DNA of 64,000 nucleotides from Malacoraja senta (taxonomy: Eukaryota), in assembly GCA_038087875.1 (NCBI GenBank), contig CM075993.1, forward strand, positions 7,504,001 to 7,568,000, read 5' to 3'. Positions 61,427 to 64,000 of the stretch are shown here, one piece after another. The first letter of the stretch is position 1. The number at the start of each line of letters is the position of its first letter. The notes below the pieces were generated by a model that was given only the letters and a program-made list of their open reading frames with translations, ran no database searches and was not told the origin of the DNA. Both the position numbers and the translations under genes were made by a program.

Positions 61427-62278
61427 CTGGGTGTGGAGGAGCAGTGTCAGAACTTTTAGCTTTTAGTTTAGAGGAAGCAGGCCCTGCGGCCCACCGCGTC
61501 CGCGCCGACCAGCGATCCCCGCACACTAACACTATCCCCCCCACACACACACACACACACACTGGGGACAATTTACAATTTTACCCAAGCCAATTAACCT
61601 ACTAGCCTGTACGTCTTTGGGACATGGGGGGGGAAACCGGAGCACCCGGAGAAAACCCACGCAGTCACAGGGAGAATGTACCCGAGTCAGGATTGAACCC
61701 GGGTCTCCGGCGCTGTGAGGCAGCAACTCCACCCCTGCGCTACCGTGCCGCGCGCACTTGCACCCTTGTGCGATTGATCGAAAGATACAGCATGGGAACA
61801 GGCCATTCGGCCCACCGAGCCCACGCAGACCATCGAACACTGGTTCACACATTATCCCGCGTTCTCATCCTCTTCCTGCACACTGGGGCCAATATAGAGG
61901 CCAATGAACTGAAACACCAACAGGATTATGAGTGGAAAATTGACAGTTATACACACACAGCAGTTGTGTGTCTGAAAACAGGAACAAAATTCACAACAAT
62001 TCCCTGTGATCCGGGTTCTGAAATTCCAAGGGAATTATACCTGGAATTTACGGAAACATAGTCATAGAGGACGGAAACAGGCCCTTCTCCCAGCCTGTCC
62101 GTGCCGACCAAAGACCCAATCTAAGCCTCTGTAAACGATACCTAGTGTGTAGGGATGGATGTGGATACCATAGAATGAGTGTGAAGGAAGGAACTGCAGA
62201 TGCTGCTCTAAATCGAAGATAGACACAAAATGCTGGAGGAACTCAGCGGGACAGGCAGCATCTCCGGAGAGAAGGAAT

Positions 62279-62314
62279 GGGTGACGTTTCGGGTCGAGAC
62301 CCTTCTTCAGACCC
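62279..62314 (-). ncRNA. Minimal hammerhead-ribozyme-like motif with 4-bp helix I
   Basis: gggt-CTGAAGAAGGGTCTCGACCCGAAACGTC-accc on the minus strand. Confidence 0.55.
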
Positions 62315-62793
62315 TTCTCCGGTTTCCTCCCGCTCTCCAAAGGCGCGCGGGTTTACAGGGTGACTGTAAATCGCCCCAACGTGTGCGAGGAGTGGATGCG
62401 AAAGTGGGAAAGCAGGAAGAGTGATCGATGGTGGGGCCGAAGGGCCTGTTTCCCCATCACTGAACCAAACAAGTTTGGCCAGCAAACTTGGATTATGAGT
62501 TTACCTTGGCATCAGGCACGGCATGGACATTGTGGCCCTTCGGCCCACAATGTCCATGCCGTACCTGATGCCAAGGTAAACTCATCTCGTCTCACTGCCC
62601 TGCATGGCCATGTGCCCCGTGTCAAAGCCCCATTAAGTAAGTCAGTAAGTAAGTTTATTGGCCAAGTATTCACATACAAGGAATTTGCCTTGGTGCTCCG
62701 CCCACAAGTAACAACATGACATACAGTGACAGTTACGAATGACTCAGAAAACACTAAACATTAATAATAATAATAATAAATACTGCCAGGTAC

Positions 62794-62894
62794 CTGCACG
62801 ATCTCCAGTTGCCTCTGCAGCAGCTGGTTCTGTAACTGACTGCCCTGAGTCTGCCTCAGCAGCTCCGCCAACGCCCTGTCCTTGGCCTCCAGCT
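62794..62894 (-). CDS. Internal coding exon of unidentified coiled-coil protein gene: (E)LEAKDRALAELLRQTQGSQLQNQLLQRQLEIVQ
   Basis: acag|AG acceptor, CAG|gtacc donor, 101 nt, phase 1->0, heptad-like Leu/Gln/Glu pattern; gene continues beyond the window end. Confidence 0.85.
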
Positions 62895-62970
62895 CTGTGT
62901 TAACGACATGGTTATGTACGCAGTCTCACAGTATACAGTATATTATATAGTACACACTCACGCTGTATAC

Positions 62971-63460
62971 TAGGGTTGCCAACTGTCCCGTATATTGGGC
63001 TAAATAGGTTTGTCCCGTACGGGACCGCCCTTGTCCCGTATTTGACTGCTGCTACTACTCGGGTCGAGGGGGACTGTCGCGTCCGGCCCCGCCTCACCCG
63101 TCCCGACATAGCGCAGCCCATGGAGTGCAGCAGCAGCAGCAGCAGCGCCTCGCCCGTGGCCCCGTCGGTCGGTCGGTCGGCAGCCCGGCCAGCTGTCCGA
63201 CCTTCGGACCTTCGCTTACCGCCGATACCACCACCACCACCACCCCTCCTTCTCATGATTCATGAGTTGGACGGGACGCTGGACTTTGCGCGCGGCCCGG
63301 GCCGAAAACTCCTCAGCTGGCCCACCGGCTGGGCTTTGTGTGCAGTCCAGCACCCCCCGGGCCAACTCATCGTTCACCCACCCAGCCACGGCCGAGTCGG
63401 TCAACGAATTGCCGTCGGGAATTTGTCCCGTATTTTGACCTTTTGTCCCCCGGTTTGTGT
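62971..63460 (+). mobile_element. hAT-like DNA transposon, right end missing
   Basis: tagggttgccaactgtcccgtatattgggctaaa..., gtcccg repeats; same family as 22353. Confidence 0.72.
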
Positions 63461-63550
63461 GTGGCCTCAGGGGAGAGAGGGGGGGGGGGGAGTAGGACAA
63501 GTGGGGGGGGGGTTAGGGGGAAGAAGTGAGAGGAGGAGAGTTGTGTAGCT

Positions 63551-63858
63551 AGTTTAGTTTAGTTTAGTTTAGAGATGCAGCGCGGAAACAGACCCTTCGG
63601 CCCATCGAGTCGATGCCGACCAGCGATCCACGCACACTAACACTATCTTACACACACTAGGGACAATTTACAATTTTACCGACGCCAATTAACCTCAGAC
63701 CTGTACGTCTTTGGAGTGTGGGAGGAAACCGGAGTTCCAGGAGAAAACCCAAGGGAGAACATGCAAACTCCGTACAGACAGCGCCCATAGTCAGGATCGA
63801 ACCCGTGTCTCTGGTGCTGTAAGGCAGCAACTCTACTGCTGCACCACCCTGCCGCCCC
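63551..63858 (-). mobile_element. V-SINE (HE1-like)
   Basis: Reverse complement of the same SINE with (tagtt)n tail. Confidence 0.85.
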
Positions 63859-64000
63859 TATAGGGAGGTTGCACGGCAGTGGGGTCACGACCCATGACCC
63901 GTACTGTTGCTACGCTACGCCAACTGGAGTACACGCGATGAACTGCAGGTAAGCACTGACCATTGTTTCCAGTGTAGCGGGCCCGTTAAAACCCGCCGAA

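Noticed and set aside
48154..62894. Assigning a gene symbol (e.g. CCDC27 or a golgin)
   Set aside because: Only compositional similarity; no specific sequence match recognised
1..64000. CRISPR-like repeat-spacer array or prokaryotic operon
   Set aside because: Recurrent short repeats are dispersed TE termini without regular spacing; the sequence is eukaryotic with spliceosomal introns

Overview
Repeat-dense vertebrate genomic DNA. The V-SINE/HE1-like SINEs, CR1 LINEs, Rex1 and Penelope elements suggest a cartilaginous fish (skate/ray); this is inference. Two host genes lie on the minus strand. (1) The 3' part of an unidentified coiled-coil/acidic protein gene: nine phase-compatible exons at 62894-48154, plus two probable terminal exons at 43270-43106 and 42584-~42400. 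(2) A CpG-island promoter and non-coding first exon at ~21640-21930, followed by a ~2.4-kb CT-rich tract and a long intron. Between them sits a Ty3/Gypsy LTR retrotransposon (28304-34618) with 153/154-identical LTRs. It is interrupted by a CR1 and a Rex1-like insertion and is itself nested in a GC-rich repeat. Other elements: Penelope GIY-YIG fragments, many short Penelope-end insertions carrying a minimal hammerhead-ribozyme-like core with 9-18-bp target duplications, Harbinger-like and hAT-like MITEs, a HERO-like 3' end, and a 200-N assembly gap. No rRNA, tRNA gene or CRISPR array was found. Repeat listings are representative, not exhaustive.
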